Shown: piece by piece, positions 51,679 to 64,000 of the stretch
Layout of the letters: each line of letters begins with the position of its first letter
Position numbering within the stretch: position 1 is the first letter of the stretch
DNA from: Zootoca vivipara
Lineage: Eukaryota
Length of the DNA: 64,000 nt
Direction of reading: 5' to 3'
Assembly (NCBI RefSeq): GCF_963506605.1
Contig: NC_083277.1
Location: 5,704,001-5,768,000, forward strand
The notes under the pieces: generated by a model
Database searches by the model: none
Told to the model about the DNA's origin: nothing
The model's input: only the letters and a program-made list of their open reading frames with translations
Program-made: the position numbers and the translations under genes

Positions 51679-52610
51679 GAGATGTTTGGAGGTTCCGGAT
51701 TGAGGGGGACCCACCAGAAGTGCCACCTGAAGAAGCCGAGGAGCAGGAGGAGCAATGGAAGCTGTGGGTTCAAGATGTTACCAACATACAAGAGGGGAAC
51801 GAAACGCAAAATGCGGGGAGGGAATCCACTGCTTCTCAGATTAACGAAAGCCAGATAACTCTCACCGGAGAGGAACCTTATGAATGTTTGGAGCATGGAA
51901 GGAACTTCAATTGCATAGACTACCTTACTTTTCAGGAAAGATGTAATACAGCAGAAAAACCATATAAATGCTGGGTGTGCGGAAAGGGCTTCCGTCAAAG
52001 TGGTCACCTTAGTTTGCATCAAAGAACTCATACGGGTGAGAAACCTTATCAGTGCAGGGAGTGTGGAGAGAGCTTTAGGCACAGTGACTCCCTCATAAAG
52101 CATCAGAGAATTCATACAGGGGACAAACCTTATCAATGTTTGGAGTGTGGAAGGAACTTCAGGCAGAATATCCACCTCACTAGACACAGAAGAATTCATA
52201 CAGGGGAGAAACCTTATAAATGTTTGGAATGTGGAAAGAGCTTTATTCAGTGTAGTGTGCTCACGAGACATAAAAGAACTCATACAGGGGAGAAGCCTTA
52301 TAGATGTTTGGAGTGTGGAAAGAGCTTCAGTGCTAATTGGTCCCTTTCTAAGCATAGAAGAACTCATACAGGGGAAAAACCTTATAAATGTATGGTGTGT
52401 GACAAGAGCTTCAGTTGGAGTGGTCACCTTACTCAGCACCTAAGAACTCATACCAGGGAGAAACCTTATAATTGCTTGGAGTGTGGAGAGAGCTTCAGTC
52501 ATAGAGGTTCCCTTAACTCACATCAAATAATTCATAGAAGGGAAACACCTGAAGCTTGGAAGGTGGAAATATATTCAGTGATCTCAAGAGCTCCTGCAGA
52601 GAGCAAATGA
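51679..52610 (+). CDS. Unit E C2H2 zinc-finger exon (7 intact and 1 degenerate finger)
   Basis: ORF 51642-52610; phase-1 acceptor at 51678. Confidence 0.9.
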
Positions 52611-54379
52611 AAGATTCCACTCAGTGTTAGAATTCCCTTCCTTATCGCCAGCTTTTACAATAGACCGTTGCTGCTTCTGAAGCCTTTCGATCCCAGTATG
52701 CCTTCCATTTTAGAGGGGAAAGGGGCTTTTGCTTTCAACCTGCTTTTTCAGTATGGAAGCAGTTTGTGGCCTTTCTTCTGCAAGCCAGTGTGGGAATTCG
52801 AGTGGGGGTTAGGATGGATAGTGGAAGATTTATAGGGAGGTTCAGTGCCACCCGTGAGGCAAGAGGTGGGTTGGTGGTCGTAGAGGAGAGTCAAGATGAA
52901 GGCAGGAGAGGAGTTGCAGGAAGGCTCCTAAGTGGAAGATAAGGTCCCAGAAAGAGTCCTGCCATTGGACTCTCCTCAATCCCCTCACCCACTGCCTCCA
53001 CTTACAACGAGGGGCATAAAGCAACAGCTACAAGGACCACCTCTTTCCATATGAACCTACCTGGACCCTGAGGTTATCTTCTGAGACCCTTCTTCATGTG
53101 CCTCCTCCATGAGAGGCCTGGAGGAAGCAACACGATAACAGGGCCTTTTCTGCAGCGGCTCCCCATTTGTGGAATACTTTCCTCAGGGAGGTTCAACTGG
53201 CGCCTTCATTATACACCTTTAGGCACCAGGCAAAAGCTCTTTAACCAGGCCTCAGGCTGATTGACATCCAATCCCCTTTTAAAATGTGGTTTTTTGGGGT
53301 GGGGTGGGGTTTTTGTTTTAAATATATATATTGTGTTTTTATAGTGTGATTTTATCCCATGCGCTGTCTTGAGACCTGCGTGTATAGGGCACTATACATA
53401 TTTAATAAAATGTTGAGTGTAATAATAAATAATAATACCTGGAGCTGTCATACAGGATAAGTCACTGGTTGCTTGTGCACACCAGATCATGCATGTTGGT
53501 TTAATTTGATAAATGAGTGCTGTTGCACTAATTTCTTGGTCCCTGTCTTGAGCCAGCTCTTTCCCCCACATCCAGATGTTGAGAGATAGAGCACCAGGTG
53601 CACTGCGTAACCTAGCAACAGTCAGAGGCCAGATGTCTGCCTCCCGACTCATTCATCCTTTATCTCAGGAATGTACGCATGTGTATTACTACATTGCATT
53701 CAGGTGGGGACAAGCTATGAGAGTCTATGAGCGGCTGTATCAAAGTAAAATAATAAAAAAATGTATACATAGAAAGCATACCTGAGCCCCTTAAAGAGGC
53801 CAAGAATCTCTAAAATTCTGCAAGTTAAATGTCAAAAGCATTGTTGAAAATAAATATTGCTGCCTCCTCAAAGTAGCCTCCTTTGGTGATGGGAGCCACC
53901 ACAAAAGTCCCATGCTTGCCACTCCTCTGCACCTCGCTTGGAGGAACGCAGAGTGAGGAGGACCTCAGATGTTCAATGCAGGTTGTGGGCTAATTCCTGA
54001 AGGAAGGTTTTATATGCTCAGAGCATTATGCACCAGTTGGCAATCTGGCCGCCAGTTGCTGCAGCACCTGTAGTTTCTGAGCCTTCTTCACAAAGGGTCT
54101 CACGTATAATGTATTGCAGAAATCTAGTCAAGAGGTAGGTAGGAGAACTTGAGGTCTCTTGTGGGCATGTGCCACTGGTATATGTTGGCCCCTATTCGCA
54201 CACCTTTCTTTATTTTTTAACACTAGCAGAAGTGTTCCATGTATCCCTTGCTGATGTAACTGAATGCTTTGCCAATAAAGAACTGAACTTCCTATTGTTT
54301 GTGCACATTGGCCTGGGCTCTGGATTATGAACAGAACATTATTTAATTAATAATAATAAAAACTTGGAAGAGATTTATT

Positions 54380-54835
54380 AAGCTGGAACGTTTGCAGAGG
54401 AAGGCAACCAGGATGATGAAGGGTTTGGAAAACAAGCCCTATGAGGAGCGTATGAAGGAGTTGGGTATGTTTAACTGGGAAAAGAGAATGAGAGGAGATA
54501 TGATAGCCATCTTTAAATATCTCAAGGCCTGTCACATGGAAGAGGGAAGAAGCTTGTTTTCTCCTGCTCTGGAGGCTAGGACTCAAATCAATAGCTTCAA
54601 GTTACAAGAAGGGATTATCGACTAAACATTCAGAAAAACCTTTTGATGGTATGGGCTGTTCAACATTGGAATGGTCTCCCTCAGGAGGTGGTGGACTGTC
54701 CTTCCTTGGAGGATTTTAAGTAGAGGTTGGATGGCCACTTGTCATAGATGCTTTAGCTGAGATTCCTGCATTGTAGGGGGCTGGACTAGATGACCCTTGG
54801 GTCCCTTTCCAGCTATACAGTTCTGAGATTCTGAT
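54380..54835 (+). mobile_element. CR1 ORF2 C-terminus and 3'UTR
   Basis: QRKATRMMKGLENKPYEERMKELGMF...RGDMIAIFKYLK. Confidence 0.9.
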
Positions 54836-55189
54836 TTTAATGCTCTTGCCTTTCAACTTGCTTCTTTTATTGTGGATTTGAACTACCGTAAGGATGTTGA
54901 GATCAAACTGTTATTGTGCGTTTTATGACAAGCTGTCACAGAGCAGGGGAGGGAGGTGAAGAACTGGTTGATTCTTTTTTATGATTATTTGGTATATTTT
55001 AAAATGGTTATTCATATCTTTATATTTTGACCATATGGGAGTTTAATGCCTCTTTAATCTCTTTAATGGTAAAGATTATCCTTTCTACGATCGCAGACAC
55101 TCAGTTATGGGGAAAGGCGGGACATTTATAAATAAAATAGTAATAGTAATAATATTGATGATGATTCTATGACACTAAGGCTGCCCATA

Positions 55190-55575
55190 GGCACCGGATC
55201 CTGCATGGAGCACCTGCTGGAGGAGAGGATTCCGCCAGACTTCCTTTCCGCTCCGCAAGGGTTAACCAGGGCCACAGGGCTGAGATTCCTAGAGCGGAAG
55301 GGGAGGCCTTCGCAAGAGTAGGAGCTTCCGCTTCCTGTCCCGAGCCTGTTCTTCCTTTCAGTGTTGTCATAGGAACGCAGCTGCTTGGCCTGGAGGGGCC
55401 TCTGCCTTCGTCGCGGAGGATCTTCTCCATGTTCTAAGGCTGCCTCTCCTGCCACCTCCTGGTCAGATGTGGGAAGGGATGGAGGAGGGAAGAGCTGCTG
55501 GGACTTCTTCCATAGGGCAGAATAGGGGCTTCCTCAAGGCCAGGCGGACCCCGCGCAGCTCAAGCCGGGGGAAAA
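55190..55575 (+). promoter_or_regulatory. Unit F promoter/first-exon module
   Basis: Paralogous module. Confidence 0.65.
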
Positions 55576-55833
55576 GTTTTTTTTAGTAGGCCCTGATACT
55601 CAGCGCTGAAAATATTTCATTTTGAAATCAATTAATTAATTGCTGGTCCTTAAGAATGTACCCTGGACAGCTGCAGCTGTAGTTATTTTATATTATTTTC
55701 AATATTTCTAAACCGCTTCATAAAAAAAAAAAGTCTTCCAAGCGGATCGCAGATAAAATTAAAAGAGAAAATGCAGCTAAAACCCACAGAACCGCGTGGA
55801 AACCGATATGCCTAAAGCCATCATTTCTATATA

Positions 55834-56045
55834 CAGTGGTACCTCGGGTTACAGACGCTTCAGGTTACAGACTCTGCTAACCCCGAAATAGTACCTCGGG
55901 TTAAGAACTTTGCTTCAGGATGAGAACAGAAATTGCGTGGCAGCGGGAGGCCCCATTAGCTAAAGTGGTCCCTCAGGTTAAGAACAATTTCAGGTTAAGA
56001 ACGGACCTCTAGAACGAATTAAGTTCTTAACCCGAGGTACCACTG
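55834..56045. mobile_element. Tc1/mariner-type MITE
   Basis: CAGTGGTACCTCGGGTTA TIRs; TA TSD. Confidence 0.85.
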
Positions 56046-56201
56046 TATATATAAAAGATAGCTAAATATTAAATCCAGGTGGATCACATTTTGTCAAAAC
56101 TCTCCCCTATGACATGTCCATCTTGGGTGGCCTTGCACGGCATAGCTCATAGCCCCTTCGCTAACACAAAGCAGTGATCCTTGAAGGAGGTGTTAAATGT
56201 A

Positions 56202-56563
56202 AAAAGGTAAAGGTACCCCTGACCATTAGATCCAGTCGTGGACAACTCTAGGATTGCAGAGCTCATCTCACTTTATAGGCTGAGGGAGCTGGCGTTTCTC
56301 CGCAGACAGCTTCCGGGTCATGTGGCCAGCATGACTAAGCCGCTTCTGGCGAACCAGAGCAGCACACGGAAACACCGTTTACCTTCCCGCCGGAGCGGTA
56401 GCTATTTATCTACTTGCACTTTGACGTGCTATCGAACTGCTAGGTGGGCAGGAGCTGGGACCGAACAATGGGAGCTCACCCCATTGCAGGGATTGGAACA
56501 GCCGACCTTCTGATCGGCAAGCCCTAGGCTCTGTGATTTAGACCACAGCGCCACCCGTGTCCC
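56202..56563 (-). mobile_element. Sauria SINE
   Basis: TSD AGGTGTTAAATGTA. Confidence 0.9.
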
Positions 56564-56909
56564 AGGTGTTAAATGTAGTTACCCCAATTTTCATGTTTTA
56601 TTAAAAGAAAGGTCCTTATAAAAAGAAATGATCTCCATAGGCTGCTCCTTATTTCTCCCTCTTTTTCCCACATTTCTGCAATGTGTAACATGCCACTGGT
56701 TTCTTGTTCATAATATTACTGTCAGACCTTTCATAATTTAAACTGCATTTGCTGGTCTTCTGTTGATGTATTTGAAATACATCTTTCCAAACACTCTTTA
56801 GCCTCTCAGGTCCTGTTTGGTCACCACACTCTTGTGGGCAATTAGGAACTTCCTTTTCACTGTTTTCATGAGTTCTTAGGCCGCCATCTTCCCATTCACA
56901 GGATGTGCA

Positions 56910-56984
56910 ATGGCATCAGAACAAGACTCTGGACCCACCCTACGATACCCTGGAGAGGAAGTGATCACCATGCGTCCAGCTGAG
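56910..56984 (+). CDS. Unit F first coding exon (MASEQDSGPTLRYPGEEVITMRPAE)
   Basis: Acceptor at 56901; gtaagg donor; phase 0. Confidence 0.85.
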
Positions 56985-57941
56985 GTAAGGGAAAGATCAT
57001 TGGGGAGAGATTTGGGGGATAGCTGGAGTGAGTCCATCCTTGGAGGGATCACACTCTTACCCGTGTGCTTTTGAGGCGGCTGCCTCTGAGGAAGTGGGCT
57101 GGCTCGAGACCATAAACATGACACCATAAACATGACCTAAGGAAAGCCTAGCTGGTGGATCAGGCCTTTAGCCCACCTAGTCCAGCATCCTATTCCAACA
57201 GATACCTAACTAGATGCTTGTGGGAAATTTGCAACCAGGAGCTGAACGCAACAGCACTCTTCAGGTGATTCCCTAGAAGTGGCAGTGAGGAGTATACTGC
57301 CCATAACAAGTGGAGGCAGTGCTCAGCGATCATGGCTGGTGGTCTTAACCTTATCTGCTATGAATTTGTCCAGTTCTCTTTTAATTTGGCAGCCGTTTCT
57401 GCATGTTGTTGTAGTGAACTGCAGAGTTTAATGGTGTGAAGAAGTGCTTTCTGTTGTTTGTCCTTAATCTGCCTACATTTAACTTAATTGAACGGTCCTG
57501 GACTTCAGTATCACCCTAGAGGAAGAAATACCTTCCTCTAGCCTGTTTCTCCACACCATGCTATTATATTCCTTCTTTAGCCCCTTTGCTGTAAATTAGA
57601 AAAATCCTCATAGGGGAGTTTCTAAAATCCCTTGATTATTTTGTTGGTTCTTTTCCCAACGTTTTCTGGCTCTACGATACAATTTTAGAGGACAGCCGGT
57701 TGGAACTATACACTATTCTAAAGACAGCTGCACCATTTGTATACCAGCACTACGATATTGGTAGCTTTATTTGGAATCTTCTTTAAGAACTAATGGGTAG
57801 ATGCCATTTGCATTTGTTTATTTTCTAAACACCGAAGGTAAAGAAACCCACACTTGCTCACTGTCCAATTGGATTGGAGGGTACATTGTTGCCTCACCTT
57901 TCCCTGAAGGTTATATGAGGAAGGGAATTGATTTCTTCTAG

Positions 57942-58068
57942 GGATTGGTGAACATTGAGGAGGTCTCCTTCAGTTTTACTGACGAGGAATGGGCCCTGCT
58001 GGATCCAGGACAGAGAGCTCTGTATGAGGAGGTCATGCTAGAGATTCATGAGATGGTGGTATCTGTAG
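57942..58068 (+). CDS. Unit F KRAB-A exon
   Basis: [42 protein letters not shown]; 127 nt; tag acceptor and gtaagg donor (not in the ORF track). Confidence 0.9.
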
Positions 58069-58714
58069 GTAAGGATGCTTTTTTATTTTTACCTTAAGGT
58101 CTATAGCTTCAACATGCCCACAATTCACTAACGTGATTATTTATTATATTTTAAATCTTATTTATTTATTTATTTATTTATTGGTTTCTCTTGCATCAGG
58201 AAATGCTGAATTTAGGAGGGAGAAGAGTGGGCTGCCACTTGGATGAGGACATTTTGTAAATAGACTCCCTGAATTGTAGACCTTGAAGGGTTCTCCAGGG
58301 TAATCTATTCCAACCCTCTACAAAGCAGGGGCCACAGCTCAAGTATTCCTGACAGGTGGCCCCTACACTCTGTTTAGAAATCTCCAATAAAGGAGAGATC
58401 ACCACCTTACGAGGGAGGTGAACAGCTGTCTCCAGGCTGCTGGGAATGGTAGTTCTGTGAGGTCCAGGTCCGGACAACCCTAGCAAGGGATCTGAACCTG
58501 CTCTCTGTCCCCAGGGAACTGAGCATACACAGGAGGTGTTTGTGGGAGAGGGAGAGATCTTTGAGCCCATTGGGGAAATAGTAGTTGATGCAAAATAAAA
58601 AAGAGAGACACAAGCAACTTCAAGTCCACATTAAGCTCCAATGTGGCTGAGGCCTTATACAGACAGGCTTTTATAAAATGCAGCATTTCACTAGCTTTCC
58701 TTTTGATCCACCAG

Positions 58715-60438
58715 GAGATGTTTGGGGGATCCGCATTAAGGGGGAACCATCAGAAGTGGCACCAGAAAGAGCTGAAGAGCAGGAGGAACAACAGAAACTG
58801 GGGGTTCAAGTTGGAACCAACAGTCAACAAAAACCGTATGAATGCCGGGAGTATGGAAAAAGCTTCGTTCACAGTGAGTCCCTCACTAAGCAGGAAGGCA
58901 CTCATATGGGGGACAAGCCTTATAAATGTTTGGAGTGTGGAAAGAGCTTCAATAAAAGTAGCCAGCTCACTACCCATCAAAGAATTCACACAGGGGAGAA
59001 ACCTTATGAATGTTTGGAGTGTGGAAAGAAATTCAGTCACAAATACTCCCTTACTTTGCATCAAAGAACTCATACAGGCAGAAACCCTTATAAATGTCTG
59101 GAATGCGGACATAACTTCAATAGGAGAGGCCAGCTCACTATACATGAAAGAACTCATACAGGGGAGAAACCTTATAGATGCTGGGAGTGTGGAAAGAGCT
59201 TCTTTGACAGTAGCTCTCTTACCTCTCATCAAAGAATTCATACAGGAGAAAAACCTTACAAGTGTTTGGAATGTGGAAAGAGCTTCGTTCGGAGGAGCCA
59301 CCTCACAAGACATAAAAGAACTCATACAGGGGGAAAACTTTATAGATGCTGCGAGTGTGGAAAGAAATTCAGTCACAGTGACAACCTGACTAAGCATCAA
59401 AGAATTCACACAGGGGAGGAACCTCATGCATGTTTGGAGTGTGGAAAGAGCTTTCGTTACGCTGCATCCCTTACCCTTCATCAAAGAACTCATACTGAGG
59501 AAAAGCCTTATAAATGCTGCGAGTGTGGAAAGAGCTTCAGGGAAAGAAGCCACCTTCGTTCGCATCAAAGAACTCATACGGGGGGGAAACCTCATGAATG
59601 TTTGCAGTGTGGAAAGACATACCGGCACAATAGCTCTCTTACCTCGCATCAAAGAACTCACACAGGGGAAAAACCTTATAAATGCTGCGAGTGTGGAAAG
59701 AGCTTCAATAAAAGTGGCCAGCTCACTACCCATCAAAGAATTCACACAGGGGAGAAACCTTATGAATGTTTGGAGTGTGGAAGGAACTTCAGTCACAAAT
59801 ATTCCCTTACTTTGCATCAAATAACTCATTCAGGCATAAAGCCTTATAAATGTCTGGAATGTGGACAGAACTTCAGTAGGAGAGGCCAGCTCATTATACA
59901 TGAAAGAACTCATACAGGGGAGAAACCTTATAGATGCTGGGAGTGTGGAAAGAACTTCTTTGACAGTAGCTCTCTCATCTCTCATCAAAGAATTCATACA
60001 GGGGAGAAACCTTACAAGTGTTTGGAATGTGGAAAGAGCTTCGTTCGGAGGAGCCACCTCACAAGACATAAAAGAACCCATACAGGGGGAAAACTTTATA
60101 GATGCTGCGAGTGCGGAAAGAAATTCAGTCACAGTGACAACCTGACTAAGCATCAAAGAACTCATACGGGGGGAAAACCTCATGAATGTTTGCAGTGTGG
60201 AAAGACATACCGGCACAGTAGCTCTCTTACCGCGCATCAAAGAACTCATACAGGGGAAAAACCTTATAAATGCTGCGAGTGTGGAAAGAGCTTCATTGAC
60301 AGTAGCTCTCTTAGCTCACATCAAAGAATTCATACAGGGGGGAAACCTTATAAGTGCTGTGAGTGTGGAAAGAGTTTCAGTCAGAGTGGCCCCTTTAATC
60401 GGCATCTAAGAACTCATACAGGGGGAAAAACCATATAA
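58715..60438 (+). CDS. Unit F C2H2 zinc-finger exon (18 intact fingers); completes the only fully canonical KRAB-ZNF gene here
   Basis: ORF 58678-60438; phase-1 acceptor at 58714. Confidence 0.92.
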
Positions 60439-60803
60439 ACGTTTGGAGTGCAAGAAGAGCTTTAATCAGAGTAGCAAACTTACTAAACATAAGAGCTTTG
60501 GCAGCAGAACCTACCTGACTAGACCTCAAAAAATTCAAATAGGGGAAACATCTTAGAAAGTGTTGGAGTGTAGAAAGATCTTCAGTCATATCAAGAGATC
60601 CTACAGGGAGCATATGAAAGTGCTGAGTGCTAGAATTGGCTTCTGAATCTTTAATTTTAATTTTCCTTAACTCTGTTTTTTCGTAATTGGCTTTTTTTTT
60701 GCCTTCCATTTTGGATGAGAAGCCTGCCTCTTTCAGTATAGAGGCAATTTGTGTCCCTTCTCCTTTAAGCCAGTGTGCGGTACTGCCAAGAGTCCAAAGA
60801 TTG

Positions 60804-61008
60804 CTCTCTCTTCTAAATTTCTTATTTTCCCAGTGCATTTCACCATTTATTCATATTCCATTAATTTAAAAAGATATAAAATAAATAAACGCAGAAGAGA
60901 GGGGAGGGAAGTCGAAGGGAAGGGAAATTAGATTTGTAAAGTCTTTGTTTTTGTGGCTAAAAAGTTTGTAAAAGTTGAAAGTTAAAAATAAAATTTAGTT
61001 AAAAAAAA
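60804..61008 (+). mobile_element. Short L1 insertion with inverted 5' segment
   Basis: PolyA at about 61000; flanking AAGAGTCCA...ATTG duplication; 60804-60860 reads MVKCTGKIRNLEER (ORF2 C-terminus-like) on the minus strand. Confidence 0.6.
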
Positions 61009-61814
61009 AAGAGTCCAGACATTGGGCAGGAGGACAGGGTAAAAATGCAGGGGAACAGGCCATCAATTGGTGGTGTCTCCCATCCTTGAAGCAGGAGATA
61101 GGCAGTGGTAGAGGAGCAGTCTGGGGAATCATAGGTGGAGAGGAATTTCAAGGAGGCTCAGAGGTGCAAGATAAAGTCCCAGATAGAGTCCAGCCATAAA
61201 ACTCTCCTCCATCCCCTCCCACATTTACTCCTCCCTTCATCTCGGGTATCTCGAGGCCTGCAGAGGCAGGTATAAAAGTCAAGACTGCATTGCATTCAGG
61301 AGGGGAGAGTCTGAGCGGCTATAATGTTTTGCACAGCAGTGTGAGCCAGCGTGGAAAATGCTAGTGGATCTCACTTGTATATTTGTTTCTTTAATTCAGA
61401 AGAAATGTCTGATAGTTGTTAGTGTGTTTATCTTTGTCCTGTGTTTTGAGACAATAAACACTTCATACTTTAAACGTAACCGCGTGGGAAATGAGTTTTT
61501 CTCTTAACGGGAAATTGGGGGAAGCTGGCTACGGGGAATCCTCCGATGTTCTGCTGCATACTCTGCTGACCACACTCTTATCACTGGCACATTCTGGAGA
61601 GTGTGATCCACAAAGTGCCTTGAAGGCAGGGCCCCTTCCATTCAGCATTGTCTGTGGAGATGAATTAACTCAGCCCCACTTTGCAGAGGACTGGAAACCC
61701 ACCACTTTGGAGGTGCCTGCATGTATCTCTCAAGGTCCATTCCCACCAAGATCCCCAGGATGGTGGGCTCCCCCCAGACTCGCTTGCCTAAGCCCCCCAG
61801 AGGGGGGGAAAGGG

Positions 61815-62030
61815 AGGGATCTTCTTCCAAATTTACCATTATTGGGCAAAGTGACTGAGCGAGTGGTTGCTGAACAACTCCAGGCACGCCTGGAAGAAGC
61901 GGACCACTTGGATCCCTTCCAGTTGGGATTCAGGCCTCATCATGGGACTGAAACTGCCTTGGTCGCACTGGTTGATGATCTCTGGCGGGCTAGAGACAAA
62001 GGCGAGAGCTGTTTCCTAGTTCTGCTGGAT
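61815..62030 (+). mobile_element. L2 RT fragment
   Basis: NLPLLGKVTERVVAEQL...FQLGFRPHHGTETALVALVDDL...LVLLD; matches 12140-12350. Confidence 0.85.
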
Positions 62031-62719
62031 TCTATGATTACCAGTAATTGTGGCCAACTGATGTCTGTTTTGGCTTAACGTATCTGCTGTTTTATTCCTT
62101 CTGCTTCCTGAATTTTTTGTGCCTGGGTTCCACACTTAAATTTAAACCCAGCAATATGGAAAGTTTGGCCAGCACTAGTAAAAAGTGAAACAGGGCAATC
62201 CCCACTTGTGCGCAATCAGCAGACGTGCTCCCGTTTACACACATGCCAAAGACACCTGGCACTAAAAAGGGGGTTGGGATGGAATGGAGGAATTCCCATT
62301 TACCTGAGACAGTGGGGTTTCCCTATCGCACGGGGTAATGCAATAAGAACTTGGTGGGTCACGGCAGCCGTAAACTCAAAAATATTGAAAATCACTGCCA
62401 CTGGCTGGGCAGCTATTTTTCCAAATGATAGTTTAATCATAGTTCCACAGGCGACAGTATCTCTTAACCTCCAGATTCCAGCATCGTCTTATTTTGGTAT
62501 TCTGTCTTTCTTTTACGAAAATGAAAATAAATGAAAACCGCCGACCTTCTGATCAGCAAGCCCTAGGCTCAGTGGTTTAACCACAGCGCCACCTGGGTCC
62601 CAATTATATAGTTGTAAACCACCTAAATGACATATTCTTTATTTACTTCGAGCCTTTGCAACCTTGCACCTCAGCCAAAAAGGCTCCCAGAGTGGAAAAA
62701 AAGAAAAAGAAAAGGGGAG

Positions 62720-63090
62720 GGGAGGTTCCCGCCGCTCGGCTCCGCAAGGGTTAAGCTGAGCCACAGAGCTGAGATTCCTAGAGCGGAAGGAGAGCCGTCG
62801 CCAGAGGAGGAGCTTCCGCTTCCTGTCCCGGGTTCTTCCTTCCTGTGGGAGGTGCCGGGGTGGCGAGGGCATGCGGCTGCTTTGCTTGGAGGATCTTCTC
62901 CCGTTCTTTCTCCGCAGGTAATGCAGCCTATCCTCCTGCCGCTTCCAGGTCCGATGCGGGGAAGGAAGGAGGGCGGGAGAGACCGAGGGAGGTGGAAAGA
63001 GCTGGGACTCCCATAGGGCAGAAGAGGAGCCTCCTGGGAGGACGAAGGCGAGGCGGGCCCCGCGCAGCTCAACCCGAGAGAGAGAAAAAG
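62720..63090 (+). promoter_or_regulatory. Unit G promoter/first-exon module
   Basis: Paralogous CpG-rich module. Confidence 0.65.
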
Positions 63091-63769
63091 GTTTTTTAAT
63101 AGAGAAAGAAGAAGGCCCTGCTCCTCTGCAAAATATCTGTTACTTTTAGTTTGTTTTCCAAATTTCTAAACTGCTTTATAAAAAAAAGTATCCCAAGTGG
63201 ATTAAAATAAACAGGGAAGGCAGCTAAAAATCCACAGAACCACGTGGAGACCAATATGCCTAAAGCCATCATTTTAAAAAACAAAGATAGCTAAATATTA
63301 AATACTTCTACCGCCACCATTCTGTGCTTTATCCTCCCTCTCTGTTTGCCTTTTGTGAAATAGGCTGGGAAGATTTACACAAGTTAGAATTTGGGGCTGT
63401 CGGGCAGAGAGTATGGGGAGGGATTAAAAGGAATTCCTAAGGCGTGGGTAACCCTTTCAGGCTTCTCTCTCTGTCTCACTTTTCCAAGTGTTAAATTTAG
63501 TTACCCAGACGTTTTATTAAAGGAAAAGCCCTTATAAAAAAGAAAGAATTTCCATAGGCTGCTCCTTATTTCTCCCTCTTTTTCCACATTTCTGCAAAAT
63601 GCATTTACTGGTCTGTTGATGTATTTAAAATAAATCTCACTCAACACTCTTTAGCCTCTCAGGTCCCGTTTGGTCACCACACTCTTGTTCCGTTTGGGCA
63701 ATTAGGAACTTCCTTTTCATTGTTTTCATGAGTTCTTAGGCCACCATCTTTCATTTCATAGGCTGTGCA

Positions 63770-63844
63770 ATGGCAAAGGACAAACCCTGTGCATCCTCCT
63801 TACGATGCCCTGGAGAGGAAGCGATCACCATGCGTCCAGTTCAG
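63770..63844 (+). CDS. Unit G first coding exon (MAKDKPCASSLRCPGEEAITMRPVQ); gene continues beyond the window
   Basis: Acceptor at 63761; gtagga donor; paralog of the D, E and F exon. Confidence 0.8.
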
Positions 63845-64000
63845 GTAGGAGAAAGATCATTGGGGAGAGATTTGGGGGATCGCTGGAATGTGTCCTTGTA
63901 ACAGAGGGACCTTGTTGCAGGGGCCTGACTCTTAACGTTGTGCTTCTGAAGCTGCTGCCTCTAAGGAAGTGGGCTGGCTCCACTGGGTTTTGTGAATGAA

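Noticed and set aside
58921-60420. Regular conserved/variable periodicity resembling a CRISPR array
   Set aside because: It is the C2H2 linker/helix codon repeat in a eukaryotic gene; no cas genes
61230-61585. Possible LTR (TATAAAA, AATAAA, ends ...TCA)
   Set aside because: No clear 5' terminus or TSD, so not called

Overview
Eukaryotic vertebrate DNA, most likely a squamate and probably a lacertid lizard (Sauria SINEs, BovB tails, Penelope, CR1, L2, hAT and Tc1 MITEs). The window is a head-to-tail, all plus-strand cluster of paralogous KRAB-C2H2 zinc-finger gene units, labelled A-G here. The canonical unit is a CpG-rich promoter/first exon, a 75-nt ATG coding exon, a 127-nt KRAB-A exon and a large zinc-finger exon. 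Six ZF exons are present (7056, 18278, 28825, 38894, 51679, 58715), plus the 5' end of a seventh unit. Only unit F is fully canonical. A has a +1-nt KRAB exon and no ATG exon, B has no promoter or KRAB exon, C has lost its KRAB exon by deletion, D has a TAG in KRAB, and E has a Penelope insertion in its ATG exon whose target-site duplication retains an in-frame ATG. All six ZF exons keep long open frames and same-phase acceptors. Introns and spacers are densely filled with transposons, many with readable TSDs: solo LTRs, non-autonomous Helitrons, Penelope fragments carrying minimal hammerhead ribozyme motifs, L1, L2, CR1, SINEs and MITEs. All calls were made by eye; no database searches were run.
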